64,000 nucleotides of DNA, taken from Malacoraja senta. Its lineage: Eukaryota. Below the pieces are notes generated by a model that saw nothing but the letters and a program-made list of their open reading frames with translations, did not search any database and had not been told where the DNA came from. The stretch covers positions 62,001-126,000 of the forward strand of contig JAXLNO010000263.1 in NCBI GenBank assembly GCA_038087875.1, in the 5' to 3' direction. Shown here in pieces: positions 49,060-62,100 of the stretch; the first letter of the stretch is position 1; each line of letters starts with the position of its first letter. The translations under genes and the position numbers were made by a program.

Positions 49060-49676
49060 TCAAAACGTGCAATCATTATTATCTTTAATTCTTACGTACC
49101 CTCGTGATGTAAACATTGTTAATCTCCAGTCAATGATGTTCCCTTCTTTACTGAAACAACCCTGACTGATCATCTCTATGTCATTAGGTTGGAGAACATG
49201 ATCCCACAGGTGAACATCAGTTATCTCTCCGACAAAGGACTGGCTGGCGTCAAAACCTCCACCGACTGAGTCTTGTTCCTGACCTAGAATAAACTGACCA
49301 GACCCTTTCACAACCTGACCCTTTCCACCAACCTTCCTTACACTGCGTCTCCCATTGACCCAGACTGTTATCTCACCCCCTTGAGACTCCCAGGTCACAC
49401 AGATGTGTCTCAGTAAAGAATTCATGTCTGGGATGTAAAACTCAGTTACAAAATTTCCCAAATACAGCCAGAGTTGTGTTTTAGATTCTTCCCAAATCAG
49501 CAGTTCGTTGTCGGAAAAGCTCGTTGCGTAGGAGAGCAAACTGTAAGAGTGAGTCGCTTCAGAGGCTGCCCTGAAACAGGCAGTAAAGGCGGTCAAATTG
49601 GTGAAGTCAGGCGCATGCAACCTGACGAAGCTGTTGGATGTTTTGCTTGAGAATATCACTGATTTTGCATCCAATC
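49060..49676 (-). CDS. Short pentraxin (CRP/SAP-like), main coding exon
   Basis: ttttacag|GA acceptor. Motifs FTACFR, LSYAT..SDNELLI, HICVTWES (pentraxin signature) and LGQEQDSVGGGFDASQSFVGEITDVHLWDHVL. TGA stop. Confidence 0.93.
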
Positions 49677-49954
49677 CTGTAAAATGTGAAGAGTTAAGAT
49701 TGTCATATGTCAGTTTAAAGTTGCAGCTTTACCATCTGAGATGGAGCACAGAGTAACTAGCGAGCCGTTTTCTGCAAAGGGATGTTTTATTTAAATCTGA
49801 GAGACAGTGGGAAAGGTTTCTGTAGTGTGTTCTGCAGAACCTGCTTTAAAGTCTGTTTCCAGCTCGTAAAGAATGGAGCTTTGCTGAAATTGTTCTGATG
49901 AATCAGCCAGAGCTGATGCAGCAAGTCGTGGAGCACTGGGAAACCAGAGATCGC

Positions 49955-50256
49955 GGGCCTGTCCCACTGTACGAGCTAATTCAAGAGCTCTCCCGAGTTT
50001 AAAAACAAATCAAACTCATGGTAAGCACGTAGAATGTACGTAGCGGCTACGTCGGAGCTCGAGACGTCTCTTAGCGGCTCGTAACGCTAACGGCAGGTAC
50101 TCGGGAAACGCGGTAAGCTCGTGAAGATTTTTCAACATGTTGAAATGTCCACGAGAGTCCCGAGTACCTACGAGCGGCTATTACCGTAATTCTCCGAGTT
50201 CGGATCAGGGGAAACTCGGGAGAACTCTTGAATTAGCTCGTACAGTGGGACAGCCC
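49955..50256. mobile_element. MITE with ~45-bp TIRs in the pentraxin intron
   Basis: gggcctgtcccactgtacgagctaattcaagagctctcccgagttt / aaactcgggagaactcttgaattagctcgtacagtgggacagccc. Confidence 0.8.
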
Positions 50257-50880
50257 TTTAACTTTCCCAAGAGGGAGTGGGGTAGGAAATGAAAGGCCAG
50301 GTCTGAGGAAGATCCTGACCAACTTCATAAGTTTGGGCTTCCAGCACATTCTCCTCAACTTTCTTTAGAATCCTGCAAAGGAAAATGAAAATGATGAGGA
50401 ACACTGTTCAGATGTGGGGGTTATATGGGGTGGAGAAAATACTGAGACAGATATCGGGAGCAGCAGATACAAATCTGCATTCAGATGCATCTGCAGGGCC
50501 TTCGAGAGGGACTAGCAAAACTGCATTTACAAAGAGCTGGTCAAAATGGGCTAAAGGACCACTGTCCATGCTGTGTCTTGCAGCGCAGATAAATGCACTT
50601 TGCAAGCATAATTGAAATTCATCTCAGTGTTCTGAAGTCGCAATGTTCCCACCCACCGGGTATTGTTAATGGATGTGTCCCATTCCTGCCATATCTAATA
50701 GGCTAGGGTTTTCCTGATAGTGAGTTTCAGAACCACAAAGAGAGACCTGCTGCCTCGGCACAGACCGGGAATTGAGTCCGGGCTTCTGCTGCCCTGCATG
50801 CTCCTCAGTCCCTCTGTCCTCAGATGCACCACGACTGATGCTTGCACTCAGCAACTCCTCACGTCAGAATAAGTACTAAC

Positions 50881-50944
50881 CTGTACTGTCCGATCCCGGC
50901 AAGTAAATGCTCATCACAAGCACAATTGTAACGAAGGGCTTCAT
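50881..50944 (-). CDS. Pentraxin signal-peptide exon
   Basis: ggcaggATG, then MKPFVTIVLVMSIYLPGSDST, then G|gttagt. Phase 1 joins exon 49676-49060 in frame. Upstream acceptor tcaacag at 50957. Confidence 0.85.
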
Positions 50945-51064
50945 CCTGCCTCCGACCTGTTGAAACAAAGAATTCCCATTTCATTTCACTTGGTGTCGAT
51001 CCATAGAAACAGAGAACCAGCAGCCAGTCCCGTGTGTCAGCAACACACAAACAGTCCCTCTGGT

Positions 51065-51144
51065 ACTCACTGTGTCGGTCTCCAACAAGCTGGCCTCACC
51101 TCAGGTGGGTCCAATACTCTGGGCACAAGCTGCTGCAATTTATA
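51065..51144 (-). promoter_or_regulatory. Pentraxin TATA box and candidate non-coding first exon
   Basis: Minus-strand TATAAA at 51144-51139. Donor ACA|GTGAGT at 51070-51065 (alternative GTGAGG near 51099). Confidence 0.55.
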
Positions 51145-51995
51145 TCCTGCTGAACCCAGTCACAGCCAATCCCAGGAAGGAGCTGAGGGAGTGGAGATTG
51201 GCACCTCATCCCACTAATTCACTCCCGGGAATAACCAGCAACTATAGTCCATCTCCTTCCTTCTCGTGGACTTTGATCAGATCATCTCTCGAGTGTCTCC
51301 TGTGAGAGTTCAAGTGTTCACATTTGCTTTGACACTGGGAAGGAGTGTCCAGTTTGCTCTCTGTAATGGCCGAGCACTTCATGTGGGGAGTGCCGAGACT
51401 GTATGTACATGTGTCTGAAGGGTCTCGACCATAGATGCTGCCTGCCTCACCCGCTGAGTTACTCCAGCATTTTTGTCTACCTCCGTACATTAAAGTTACT
51501 GCCTCCGCTCCGGAAACCCACGTTCAATCCCGACTTCCACTGCTGACTGCAGATGCCACTAGCAGCAGGTAACCCATCTGAAAGATGGAAATCGATCACT
51601 GTTCCCGACATCTGATCGGGAACACAGGCCGACATCTCCCCAGCCCCACCATCAACCCCCCTTCCCCTAGGCGGGACATACATGGTCTTCTAGCTCTGAT
51701 CTGTGACAGAGAGGGAGAGTTAAATGTTTAATCAAAGGATTCTTGGCATGAGGAGGCGGGCTAATTTAAAACATTAAATTTGGATTCACACTGGGAAAGA
51801 TGTGTATTCAGTGGCGTCTGTGGGACCTGAAGACTCTCTCCCCCCCCCCCCCCCCCCCCCCTTGGAGCAGTTCCTGGTCCCAGACTCTCCGCACCTTGGA
51901 GCCCAGTCAATACCTTCCCCTCTCTCTTCCCGCCTGTCTAAATGAGAGCCTGTGGACTGTGTGCAACACCCGCTGGTTTGCAGCTTTGCCAGTGG

Positions 51996-52738
51996 CAGGG
52001 GCGGAAAACCAGGGGGGGGGGCAGAGGGGACACGTCCCCTCCATGTTTTGAGAGGTGGGGGACATCCCCCCAAGTTTTTGTGATCCGGATTTTAAAACCC
52101 GGTGAAATCTCCGCTTTCCGCGAGACAGTGGGGGTGGGACTGAAGAACGAGGGCGCCGATTGGACGAGAGAGACGTCGGTCAGCAGGCAATGGGGGCGGG
52201 ACATGATAATTCATGAGTGGGGGGGCGGTGGGACTGAGGATACAGCGCAGGCAGGATCCATCCCGACCGGGTCTCCGGCGCTGTCCCGTCCGCACCCGAG
52301 TACCCCCCCCTCATGAATTATCATGTCCCGCCCCCATTGCCTGCTGACCGACGTCTCTCTCGTCCAGAGAGCGGGTGGCCAGAGAGGTTGGCAGCAAAGA
52401 TCCTCCGCTATAGGATCTTTGGTCGGCAGTCAGACGGGCCAACGCAGAGAAGCAGCGCTAAACCCAGCTAACTCTGCCTGTCCCGCCAGGTGAGCCTACA
52501 GCCTTCCTGGACTTGCGGGAAATATGGCCAGCGCGGAGAAGCAGCGCTGGTATCCCGTCAGTCCAGTCAGGGCTGTAGTTAACCCGGTGAAGACAGGCAG
52601 AGTTGAGCTGCATTTAGCGCTGGATTGAGCCTCCGAAGCCTCGCGCGCGTGTGTGTGTGAGTGTGCGCATGCGCGCGTGTCCGTCAAAAAATTGTGTCCC
52701 CCGTCCCCTCCATGTTTTGATAGCGAGTTCCGCTCTTG
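51996..52738. mobile_element. Non-autonomous hAT-like DNA transposon
   Basis: TIRs caggggcggaa / ttccgctcttg, flanks ccagtgg / ccggtgg, subterminal direct repeat gtcccctccatgttttga, and an internal 57-bp inverted repeat. Confidence 0.7.
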
Positions 52739-53289
52739 CCGGTGGTCGTCACCAGTTCCCCGGGTTCAGCCTGAAGCCGTGCGGTCGGGGGGAAACTGGA
52801 CGCAGCTCGCAGGCAGCACAGCACGGAACTGTCTCCAACGGTGGTTCAGAGCCAGTCAAGCGACTTTGAGTCCTGAACAGCGCTATATAAATAAAATCTA
52901 TTATTATTATTATTGCCACAGATAAAGTGATATCAGTACCAGCCCTCCCTGTGGTACCAGATACCACAAGGAACTGCTGAAATTTATACAACATCAACTA
53001 TTACAACATAAACTAGCACAATATCTGTATTTCATTTTTAAAAAATTTACAAATATTAAACATCAGAATAGGGAAAAAATGTGACAGGTTGACAAAGTGA
53101 AGCAATAGAAAAAAACTCAAGACTGTTTAATTGTCAGATGTACAACAGAACAATTACATTCTTGCAGCTGCATAAAAGGGATGTAAGCACAATACTCATA
53201 GAGAGGAAATAATTAAGGGGGAAAATCAACAAACGAATAACCTCAGGAACTGGTACAAAATAGCCCAAAGTACTTAGTGCAACCCAATA

Positions 53290-54690
53290 AAACTTGACTT
53301 GAGACAGTTCAAAGTTTAGTTAGACTTTCATGGTATTCAAGAGGCTGGCGGTTGTTAGGAAGAAGCTAATGAACATGGTAATCATAGTTTTCAGACACCT
53401 GTACCTTGTTCCTGAAGGTAATGAGCTGAGAGCATGTGTGTCATTGATGGTGCTGGCTGCCTTTTTGAGGTAGTGCCTCCTGTAGCTCCCTTCAATGGTG
53501 TGGAGATCAGTATCTGTGATGGAGCAGGCAGTGTCCATCACCTTTTGTAAGCTCCTTCATTCCTGGGCATTCGAGTTGCTGAACCAGGCCATGATGCAAC
53601 CGGTCCATAGGGTCTACCGTACACCTGTAAAAGTTTAAGCGACTATTCGTCGACATACCAAACCTCCTCAATCTTCTCAGGAGATAGGGGCGTCTCTAGC
53701 CTTTCTTTATGATTGCATCATCCGATTCCTTTAGTCCCGCCAGGCACAGTGAGCGGACCCTAGAGAGGGGGTTCTGCAGCAGCTGAGCGGCCATTGTGAG
53801 AATGCTGAGGCTTTGGCGAGGAATCTGAGCGGTGGTAAGATGAGGCACGGCCTTTTCCTTTCCTCTGTGGTCTTTGCGGCTGAGAGATGGCGGTCAGAGA
53901 CTCCTCCTGCAGGAGAAACTGCCAGTGTCCCTGGAGACCATCCTGCGGGAAGTACGTCCAAATGTAGTTGCTGAGCCAACCACATAGTGTGGCTGGAACT
54001 GCGTTTAACTCCCTGAGGAATAGTGGTGATGATGAGGGCAGCGTAGACAGGAGCTTTAGGCAGGTGGACACAAAGGCGCAGGCACAGGCAGTTGAGCGGC
54101 AACCAGGAAAGGCAGAGGGAATAGGCAGAGAGGGCAGGACTCCAATGTGGCAATTGCCATCACTCACAAGTGACACGATTTGGTTTCTGTTGCGGGTGGG
54201 TGGCCCTGATGTACAGTACATAGAAATAAGCAGAGCCATGGTGACTGGAACCATGATAATCAGGGGACAGATGGGAGATGCTGGTGCAGTGAAGGAGACT
54301 TCAGGATGATGTGTTGCCTGCCAGGTGCCAGGGGTTTCTCCAAGTGGTTTCAGTACATTCTGCAGGGCAGCACAGTGGCGGAGCTGGTATGCCTCATAAC
54401 CCCAGACACCCGGGTACATTCCTATCCTTCGGTGCTGTGTGTGTGGAGTTTGCATGTTCTCCCTGCGACCGCATCCATTTCCTCCATGTGCTCCGGTTTC
54501 ATCCCACATCTGGATCAGTCCAATCAGGGTTGTGTCGTCCACAAACTTGAGAAGCTTGACAGAGGAGTCAGTGGAAGTGCAGTCATTGGTGTAGCGAGAG
54601 TAGAGGAGAGGGGAGAGTACACAGCCTTGTGGTGCTCCTATGCTGAGGGTTTGTGGGTCTGGGATGTGCTTTCCCAGCCTCACATGCAGC
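53290..54690. mobile_element. Cluster of LINE relics: Rex1/Babar-type RT (-), CR1 ORF1 esterase-like fragment (+), and a SINE
   Basis: GAPQGCVLSPLLYSRYTNDC...KFVDDTTLIGLI (54510-54683, -). Degenerate ...RMMCCLPGAR (~54230-54340, +). Confidence 0.65.
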
Positions 54691-55223
54691 TTCTATAGAA
54701 GTTATATAAGAAATTATATAGAAGAACAAATAATTAAAACATTCATCATAGCCAGTTGAGATGTCAGCTATTTTATGTAATCAGACATCAGCTTATTGTA
54801 CTCAGACTCACGTGATTGTTAGTTTTGCAGCATTTAACATTTATCTAGTAATGTGCTTGAAACATTTATAAAAGCTATTTTTATGTGAACAGACATCATG
54901 GCACAAAAACAAGCTACGTCTTGTTTTTTATTTTGCTTTAGTTATGGTCGGCTCAGAGATTAAAAGTTAAAGAGCAAGGACATAGTGAGATTAAATTTAT
55001 AGGAGCATGCATACCAAGTAGCCGAAGATAAGGCTGAAAGAGTGTAATAAAATGGTGCTTGTTGCTGTAGATCAGAGAACAATTAGAGAGAGACCAGGCC
55101 GTGTTGTCTCTGAATGTTCCAAGCCAAAAGTTGTTTGCAAATAAAGGCTTTTCGTCGTCTTGAAGAATTCTCCGTGTCTGTGTCATCTTATCCAAACTTT
55201 GAGTCTTAAAACCACGACAAAAT

Positions 55224-55241
55224 TGGCGCAGCGAGCAGGGT
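55224..55241 (+). promoter_or_regulatory. Primer-binding site complementary to the tRNA-Ser(UGA) 3' end
   Basis: TGGCGCAGCGAGCAGGGT is the reverse complement of ACCCTGCTCGCTGCG-CCA (vertebrate tRNA-Ser-TGA 3' end, from memory). It lies 4 nt after the LTR's terminal CA. Confidence 0.8.
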
Positions 55242-55574
55242 CGGTAAGAGACCGTTAATTAAAAGACAAACAGACAGGGCATTTCCCAGCCCCTCTTGGC
55301 TCCTAGGGACAACAGGAAAAGGGTGGCCACCTATAAAATTATGTGGTTTTCCGCTTCATTTGGACTAATAACCTGTTGAACATGGGAAGCCATTGGGGCA
55401 CAGAAGTGCCTAGGTAGTTAGAAGGTCTCTCCGACCAAAGAATCTAGCACTAAATTGTTCTAAAAAGGAGGCCCGGAGGATTGTCCGAGAAGGCTGCGCT
55501 GTGTGGTGAGTAAATAATATTTGTGATAAGAAAGTACAGCATTGCATTGTGTGATATTATTAAGAGTTTATTGA

Positions 55575-55900
55575 GACCTCGTGGATACCACCCTGAGAGG
55601 CCAGGGGTTGCACGGACGAGGCAGGTAAGAGTTTATTAGACCTCGTGGATACCACCCTGAGACGTCAGGGGTTGCACGGACGAGGCAGGCATTCTGTGGA
55701 TACCACCCTGAGAGGTCAGGGGTTTGTACGGGCAGAATAGAGTATTCTGTGGATACCACCCTGAGAGGGCAGGGGTTTGTATGGGCAGAATATGGCATTC
55801 TGTGGATACCACCCTGAGAGGGCAGGGGTTTGTACGGGCAGAATAAAGTATTTTGTGGATACCACCTTAGGTGACTAAGGGTTTGTACGGGCAAAATACG
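55575..55900 (+). repeat. Tandem repeat, 6 x ~52-64 bp, in the ERV leader
   Basis: Units begin gtggataccaccctgag at about 55581, 55646, 55696, 55749, 55802 and 55855. Confidence 0.9.
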
Positions 55901-56112
55901 AATTTAAGGTAAGTGAGTAACAGGAAGTGTATACAGTGATAAAATATAGTAGAATAGCAATAAGAATAGTGCAAGGTTATATAGCAATAAGAATATATTA
56001 AGGTAATATAGTGACTACAAGGACGGAGGAGGTGTAAGGACTGAGTTTCTTAACTGTTTGTGGAGATAAATTTGCTGCATTCATTCTGCTGCTTGGTCTC
56101 TCAACCTCCTGT

Positions 56113-59100
56113 AAAAAAAACGAGAAAAAGAACATACGATCCCAAAGATTAAATCAGATAGAGGGGAATTATTAACCATACCGAAGGATATTAATAAAAG
56201 ATTTGCGCAATTTTATGAGAATTTGTATACATCGAAAACGATAACTGACTCCAATGAAATGACAGAGTTTTTGGATAATCGTAATCTTCCAAAGTTAGAG
56301 TTGAAGGAACAAGAGGAATTGGGAGCACAAATCTCAATTAAGGAATTAGAAGATACAATAAACTCACTAAAGAATGGAAAAACACCAGGTCCTGATGGAT
56401 TTACTAATGAATTTTATAAAAGCTTCTATGACAAAATTATACCAAGATTACAAAAAATGTACCAATATGCTTTTAAAAAACAAATACTACCTGATACATT
56501 AGCGGAATCAACGATTACACTAATACTTAAGAAAGACAAAGATATAGAAGAACCGGGTTCTTATAGAGCTATAGCATTGTTAAACACAGATCAAAAAATA
56601 TTAGCGAAAACATTAGCTAGAAGATTAAGTAAATATATTAGTAAACTAATAAACCCAGATCAGACGGGGTTTATCCCTAAGAGATATTCATCTAACAATA
56701 TGAGACGTTTACTTAACATAATGCACTCACATAAATCTGAAGAACAAGAATTATCAATTATTTCACTGGATGCTGAAAAAGCATTTGACCAAGTAGAATG
56801 GAATTATATGGATAAAGTATTACAAAAATTCCAACTGGGAGAGAATTTTATTCTATGGATTAAATTATTATATAATAAATCTACAGCTAGAATATTAACT
56901 AATAACATATTATCCTCGAAATTTCAACTATCAAGGGGAAATAGACAAGGATGCTCATTATCACCACAGTTGTTTGCTCTTATTATTGAACCGTTAGCAG
57001 AAAAAATTAGAATACATCCTGATATCCATGGGTACAATACTAAATATTCAAATAATAAAATATCTTTATACGCGGATGATATATTACTGTACATTACAAA
57101 ACCTCAAATCACTATACCAAATATATTAAATTTAATTGAAGACTTTGGATCTTTTTCTGGATACAGAATAAATTGGAATAAAAGTGAAATTATGTCAATA
57201 AAACCGAAAGACTCAACACATCTTTTAAAATTCCCTTTTAAAATAGCTACAGAAAAATTTAAATACTTGGGAATCGAAATTACTAGAACATATCAAGGTA
57301 TGTTTAAAGCAAATTTTGATCCTCTACTTAATAAATTAAACACACTAATTAAATTTTGGAAAACGCTCCCGATGTCTTTAATAGGCCGAATAAATGCAAT
57401 AAAAATGATTTTCTACCACAAATTTTATACCTATTTCAATCGATTCCTATATACCTACCAAAGAAGGTTTTTTTTAAATTGGACTCAGATATCACTAATT
57501 TTATATGGGACTATAAATCACATAGAATACAAAGAACTCACTTGAACAAACCTAAAGTATTAGGGGGCTTAGCACTACCTAATTTCATGTATTATTATTG
57601 GTCAGTAAATATTAAAAATATGATTCAACTGATGGATAACTCTGCCCAGCAAGTGGACTGGATTGTAATGGAGAGAGAGGATTGCTCCTCTGGAAACATT
57701 GGAGCGATCCTCCTCTCACCAATGAAACTGAATAACATAAATTATAATAAGAACCCAATTATACATAGCACAATCAGAATTTGGAAACAAATAAAACAAA
57801 ATTTAAAATTAAAAAATGTATCACTTTTATCTCCCATAGTTAATAATCCTTCATTTAATCCCTCTATTATAGATAAATCTTTCACACACTGGGATAGACT
57901 ATGAATTAAAACGTTCGGTGACCTGTATGAAACTGGAAAATTACTATCATTTCAACAATTACAAATAAAATATAAACTCGGAAATAATCAATATTTTAAA
58001 TATTTTCAAATATGCGACTATTTGAAAAAATATACAAAAGATCATTATAATAGCCCAGCAGATGTATTGGATGATGCAATGCAGATAAAAGCTGAAACAG
58101 CAAACTAAGTATCATATTTGTATTATATTATCTTAAATGTAGAAATACCATCTACGGAAGGTATCAGAAGAGACTGGGAACAAGAATTAGCTATTAAAAT
58201 TTCAAAGGAAAGGTGGAATGAACACCTATTAAACGTGCATAAATGTTCGATTAATGTAAGACACACTTTAATACAATTTAAAATTTTACATAGATTATAT
58301 TATTCCAAAACTAAAATCCATAAAATGTTCCCAAATGTATCATCCATCTGTGATAAATGTCAATCTCAAGAAGCTACTATAGCGCACTCATTTGTTTTCT
58401 GTACAAAAATTCAAACATTTTGGATTGAAATTTTTGAAATCTTTACAAAATTATTTAAAATAAAACTGATACCCAAAGCAGAATGGATTATCTTCGGAAT
58501 AACGGAAGATAGTCCAGAACTAAATGTGTTCCAAAAGAAACTAATACACTATGGGTTAATAACTGGAAAAAAGCTAATCCTAAAAGTTTGGAAAAAGGCT
58601 CCAATACGAACTATAAACATGTGGATTTCAAATATGTTCGAAACATTACACCTAGAAGAGATAAGACTCCTCCTGGCAGGTAAACCAGATCAGTTCCACC
58701 TGACGTGGTCTGCATTTATAGAATTATTACAAATATAGGGTGCAAAAGTACCTTAAAAAAAACTGAGGTCAGGTAAGGGGGGATGAAAGTTGGAGAGTTG
58801 GTATGTCCCATATGCGTGATGCTTACAAAAACTATTTGTTTTTCTCTTTTCCCTCTTTCTCTTTCTTCTTCTTTTCTAGGGTCTATTTCTTAACTCTTTT
58901 TCTTTTGTTTTTAATTTCGTTCTTATAGGGTCTTCGTTCTTTCTTGTTGTCACGTTTTTTACATTTTCACCTTTTCCTTCACTTTCTTCTTTCTCTCAAT
59001 CTCATCCTTTCCCTTTATTAGTGTAAAAAACAAACGGAGTACATTAATTGTAAGAAGATATATGTGACGAGTACTAATGTATGTGGTTGTAATGTAATGT

Positions 59101-59148
59101 ACTTCTAATAAATAAAAAAAATAAAAAATTTAAAAAAAATAAAAAAAA
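56113..59148 (+). mobile_element. 5'-truncated AT-rich L1 LINE nested in the ERV leader
   Basis: KTPGPDGF, SLDAEKAFD, GNRQGCSLSP, LYADDIL and CDKC...HSFVFC motifs. T-rich 3' UTR, AATAAA and A-rich tail at 59108-59148. A-run at the 5' junction. Confidence 0.92.
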
Positions 59149-62100
59149 TTGAGTGACGGTGAGTCTAACTAATCATGATCTGAATCAATGTCCAATCACA
59201 GCGCTCAGGTACCTGACTGATAGGGGATTAGACCTTCCTACTTTAACTTAAAAGGGAGATAAGAATTATATAAATGTTAATGTGTTTATATAAACTTTAA
59301 TCTGTGTAGAAAATTGCATAATTTCTTTGAAGTAAGAATGGAACGAATGTGATTTGTGTGTAAAAACCAGTTTTGAATGAATGAGGAAGTTCATATATGT
59401 GATAAGTCCTTTAAGAGATTGTAAGCAATGGGGAAGGTTACGAACTGCTGTAAGGTAACGGTTAACACTTTGTATCCTCGTAACTTAAAAGGGGAAAGTT
59501 GGAAAATGTAGGTTGCTTTGTTTTTCTGATGTTTCTTTTATATTTCTTTTCAGTAAAGTTAATTTGGAAAATTGTTACTAGTAATAGTGGTGAGAATGGA
59601 TTGAAATAATTGGAAATAAGTTAATTGCTGAAACATGACCAGCTTTTATGGTTTGTTGTTTTATGGTAAACATTATGGTTGGAGAAGGGTAATGATTGTT
59701 TGCTGAGATTTTAAGAAAAAGTTGTGAGGAAGTGGCCCAAGGAAGGCACTTTCAAGATAAATGTGTGACAAGATAGAAGTGTTAATTATGAATTATATGC
59801 CCAAAGATAAGTTGGAAAGGTGGGAAAAGCGGAAAGGAAAGGAAGTGGATGCACTTAGGCAGTTCAGAAAGAAAGGAGAGAGAGGCAGTGAGGAGGCAAC
59901 AGAAGTAGGAAACGACAGGTGTGAAAGTAAAAATTAGGAGTAGATTTTAAAAGAAATTTGCAAAGGAGGCTAGATTATCTGAAAAGTAAGAAATTGAGTT
60001 TAGAATAAGAAAGAAGGCTTACCAGAAAGGATTAAAGTGGAAAGCAGAGGGATAAATTGATGAGACTGCTTTAAAAAGAAAAGAGCAGGACAGACACAGA
60101 TTATCCTTTGGGGCACCCATAAACTGAGAGGGCTAAAAAATATATATATACCTTACCCAATATTCCTGATGGGGCAGGAAATGGATTAGGGCTCTGGAGG
60201 AAGAGAATGCGGGATGATTATTGGCTATGGAGATTTGAAGGCACTGTTGGTGAAAGTGATAGGAACCACTAAACTGACAGAACTCCTGAAGATGGCTGGT
60301 ATAAAAATGATGTGAACAATGTAATAAACAATGGCATGCTGTTTGACACAGTCAGGCAGAGGGTATGGCAGGCCCTCAGACAATGTTACCCACTTAAGGT
60401 GGACCCCAAGGAATAAAGGGGAGATCCACTGGGAGAGGCAAATAATCCAGCAGCCTATCTGGAGAACCAGCTGAAAAGGTGGAGACTTGAAAATGAACAA
60501 GAAATAGAAGGCAACCAGTTAATAAACACTATATTCTGAACCACTGTGGTGGATGTCATTCCTCCTAAAGTCAAGTCTATATTGGAGGAGGTGGTGGGAT
60601 TGTCATCTATTTCCCACCCCCGATTCAGCGATCATTTGGTTAATGAGGTCGAGAAATATCGCAAAGATATAAAAAAGACTTGCAGACCAGCAGGAAGAGG
60701 TGCAGAGAAAAATGATACAAATGTAATTTGAAGAGCTCAAAAAGAAAGAGCGTGAAAAACGGAAAGACAATGTTGTCAATAACAACAGACCTGGTTGAAA
60801 AGACTGAAATAAGTGATGCACCAACACACAGTGAGTCCTATGACAGAGCCAAACAGGGGCCAGAGAATTCCATGCCAATAAGAAATGTCTTTGGAGGAGT
60901 GTTTCCTCAAATGCCCTATCAGGAGTGAAATAAATCTGGATATAAGCCCAGACAGGACTGGGGTCCCCAAGGGAGGGAGGGATCTTAAGGGGGAGTTCAA
61001 GAAAGGCTAGTAAGGAGACAGGTAATGGATAAGGTGTGTTGGGGATGTGAACAGGTATGGTAATCAGGAAATAATAATTATTATATTAAGATAGTGGTGA
61101 ACATAGCTATGGTAAGAACATTAAGAAGAGGTATTAAATAGACCCAGGCTAGGATGCGGCAGGGTTTTAAATACTAGCCCCATGTTTTTAATTAGATGTT
61201 AAAGGAAGATTTGAAAGGTGTACCCTTAGAAAGTATTTGATACAGTATGTGGATGATTTGTTGGTTTGTTCCACAAGTGAGAAGCAATGTGAGAGAGACA
61301 TTTTAATTCTCTTGGAAAAGATGGCATAAGAGGTCATAAAGTATCCAGGAAGAAGTTGCTGTTTTGTCAGCAGCAGGTAGAATATTCAGGATGAGTACTA
61401 TCTAAAGAAGTTAAAACTATAGCGCAGGATCAAATTGAAGCTCCTAAGCTACAGACAGTAAGACAGATGATGACATTCTTGGGAATGGCAGGATATAGTT
61501 TAGATTAGATTGGAAAGTATGTTGAAATTGTGATGTCATTAAGGAAAATAATGAAGAAAGAAGGACACACAAGTCGGAGAAATGTTTTACAGTCAGAGCC
61601 TTTGAATGAAGGGGTCAATAAGGTTTTGCTTGTGGATGTTTCTTGTTAAAGGGATCATAATAGCAAGAATGCAGGGTTTGAAGTGGTGAATCAGGATGAA
61701 TTAGACTTTAAGGTAATTAAATTGAAAGCTTGCAATCTTGCTTAGCTCAGTTGGCAGAAATTAAGGTTTCAAAAGCAGCATGTGACATGGGGGAAGGTGA
61801 GAAAGATGAAGTTTATACTGACTAAGCATGTGTTCATGGGGTCTGTCACATTTTTGGAGCAGTAGGGAAAAAGAAAGTCTTTGAGAATAGCAACGGAGAC
61901 CCCATGAAAAGTTAGCAGTAAAGTACAGACCTGATAAGGGCAATATTAAAGTCAGGGGCTGTAGCTGTCATTAAATGCCAAGCACATAAGGAGGGAAATC
62001 AAAGTGCAGACGAAGTAGCCAGAACAGCATCTGGAGGATGATCAAGCTGGTGCTACAGGCCCTTAGAGTAAAACACAGATTTGGGTGTGTAACAACTGCA

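Noticed and set aside
53760..54683. 307-aa ORF with RT motifs
   Set aside because: A chimeric read-through of a LINE RT fragment, a SINE and an antisense CR1 relic.
55224..55241. Functional link between the tRNA-Ser(UGA) PBS and neighbouring TRIT1
   Set aside because: No mechanism is visible in the sequence; the decayed ERV insertion site is most simply coincidental.
55575..55900. Repeat array superficially like CRISPR
   Set aside because: Eukaryotic ERV leader; the inter-core segments are related to each other rather than unique spacers, and there are no cas genes.
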